From NCBI RefSeq assembly GCF_017348835.2, contig NZ_CP071375.1: 64,000 nt of DNA; one strand, written 5' to 3'. Source of the DNA: Escherichia coli (lineage in GTDB: Bacteria > Pseudomonadota > Gammaproteobacteria > Enterobacterales > Enterobacteriaceae). Under the pieces are notes generated by a model that saw nothing but the letters and a program-made list of their open reading frames with translations, made no database searches and was not told the origin of the DNA. Numbering within the stretch: the first letter of the stretch is position 1; each line of letters begins with the position of its first letter. Position numbers and translations under genes: made by a program. Positions 63,835 through 64,000 of this stretch are shown here, one piece after another.

Positions 63835-64000
63835 TCACTTGGCTGCCGTGGATGAACCGTCGGCGTGCCACTGGAAGACACCAAAATCAAATCCCTTAAG
63901 ATCGCCTTTTTCATCCCAGTTCAGCGGCCCAATCACGGTGTTTGCACCGTTAGCTTTTAAATCTTTCACCAGCGCCAGCGGCTCATCGCTGCCGGTACGC
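63835..64000 (-). CDS. livK: Leu/Ile/Val-binding protein LivK, 3' end only (truncated by the window edge)
   Basis: Minus-strand translation ends ...[12 protein letters not shown]; gene continues beyond position 64000. Confidence 0.8.

Overview
This window reads as an Escherichia coli chromosomal segment running greB-tex-feoABC-rpnA(yhgA)-bioH-gntX-nfuA-gntT-malQP-malT-rtcABR-glpRGE-glpD-glgPACXB-asd-yhgN-gntUKR-yhhW-yhhX-ryhB-yhhY-ggt-yhhA-ugpQCEAB-livFGMH-(livK, partial). All calls rest on reading the supplied six-frame translations against remembered protein sequences and motifs; no database search or computation was run. Several ORF-track frames were trimmed to internal start codons. The backbone matches my recollection of the K-12 gene order, but the sequence is not K-12: it carries at least five accessory insertions and lacks the K-12 yhhZ-yrhA-IS1-yrhB block between yhhY and ggt. 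The most notable insertion, between yhgN and gntU, is a two-gene module of a RecQ-like helicase fused to a ComF-like PRTase domain plus a DprA-like protein, which matches the PsyrTA (RqlHI)/ShosTA toxin-antitoxin-like anti-phage family as I remember it. The others are: a PemK/MazF-like toxin whose PemI/MazE-like antitoxin carries an in-frame amber codon (between yhgA and bioH); a DUF1778 antitoxin plus GNAT toxin pair of the AtaRT/TacAT type (between malT and rtcA); an intact two-gene membrane operon with a PstS-like domain where K-12 has only the yzgL remnant (between glpD and glgP); and a PLDc_N/TPR membrane protein (between ugpB and livF). rtcB is split by a frameshift in a short homopolymer. 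No CRISPR array, tRNA, rRNA or IS element was seen.
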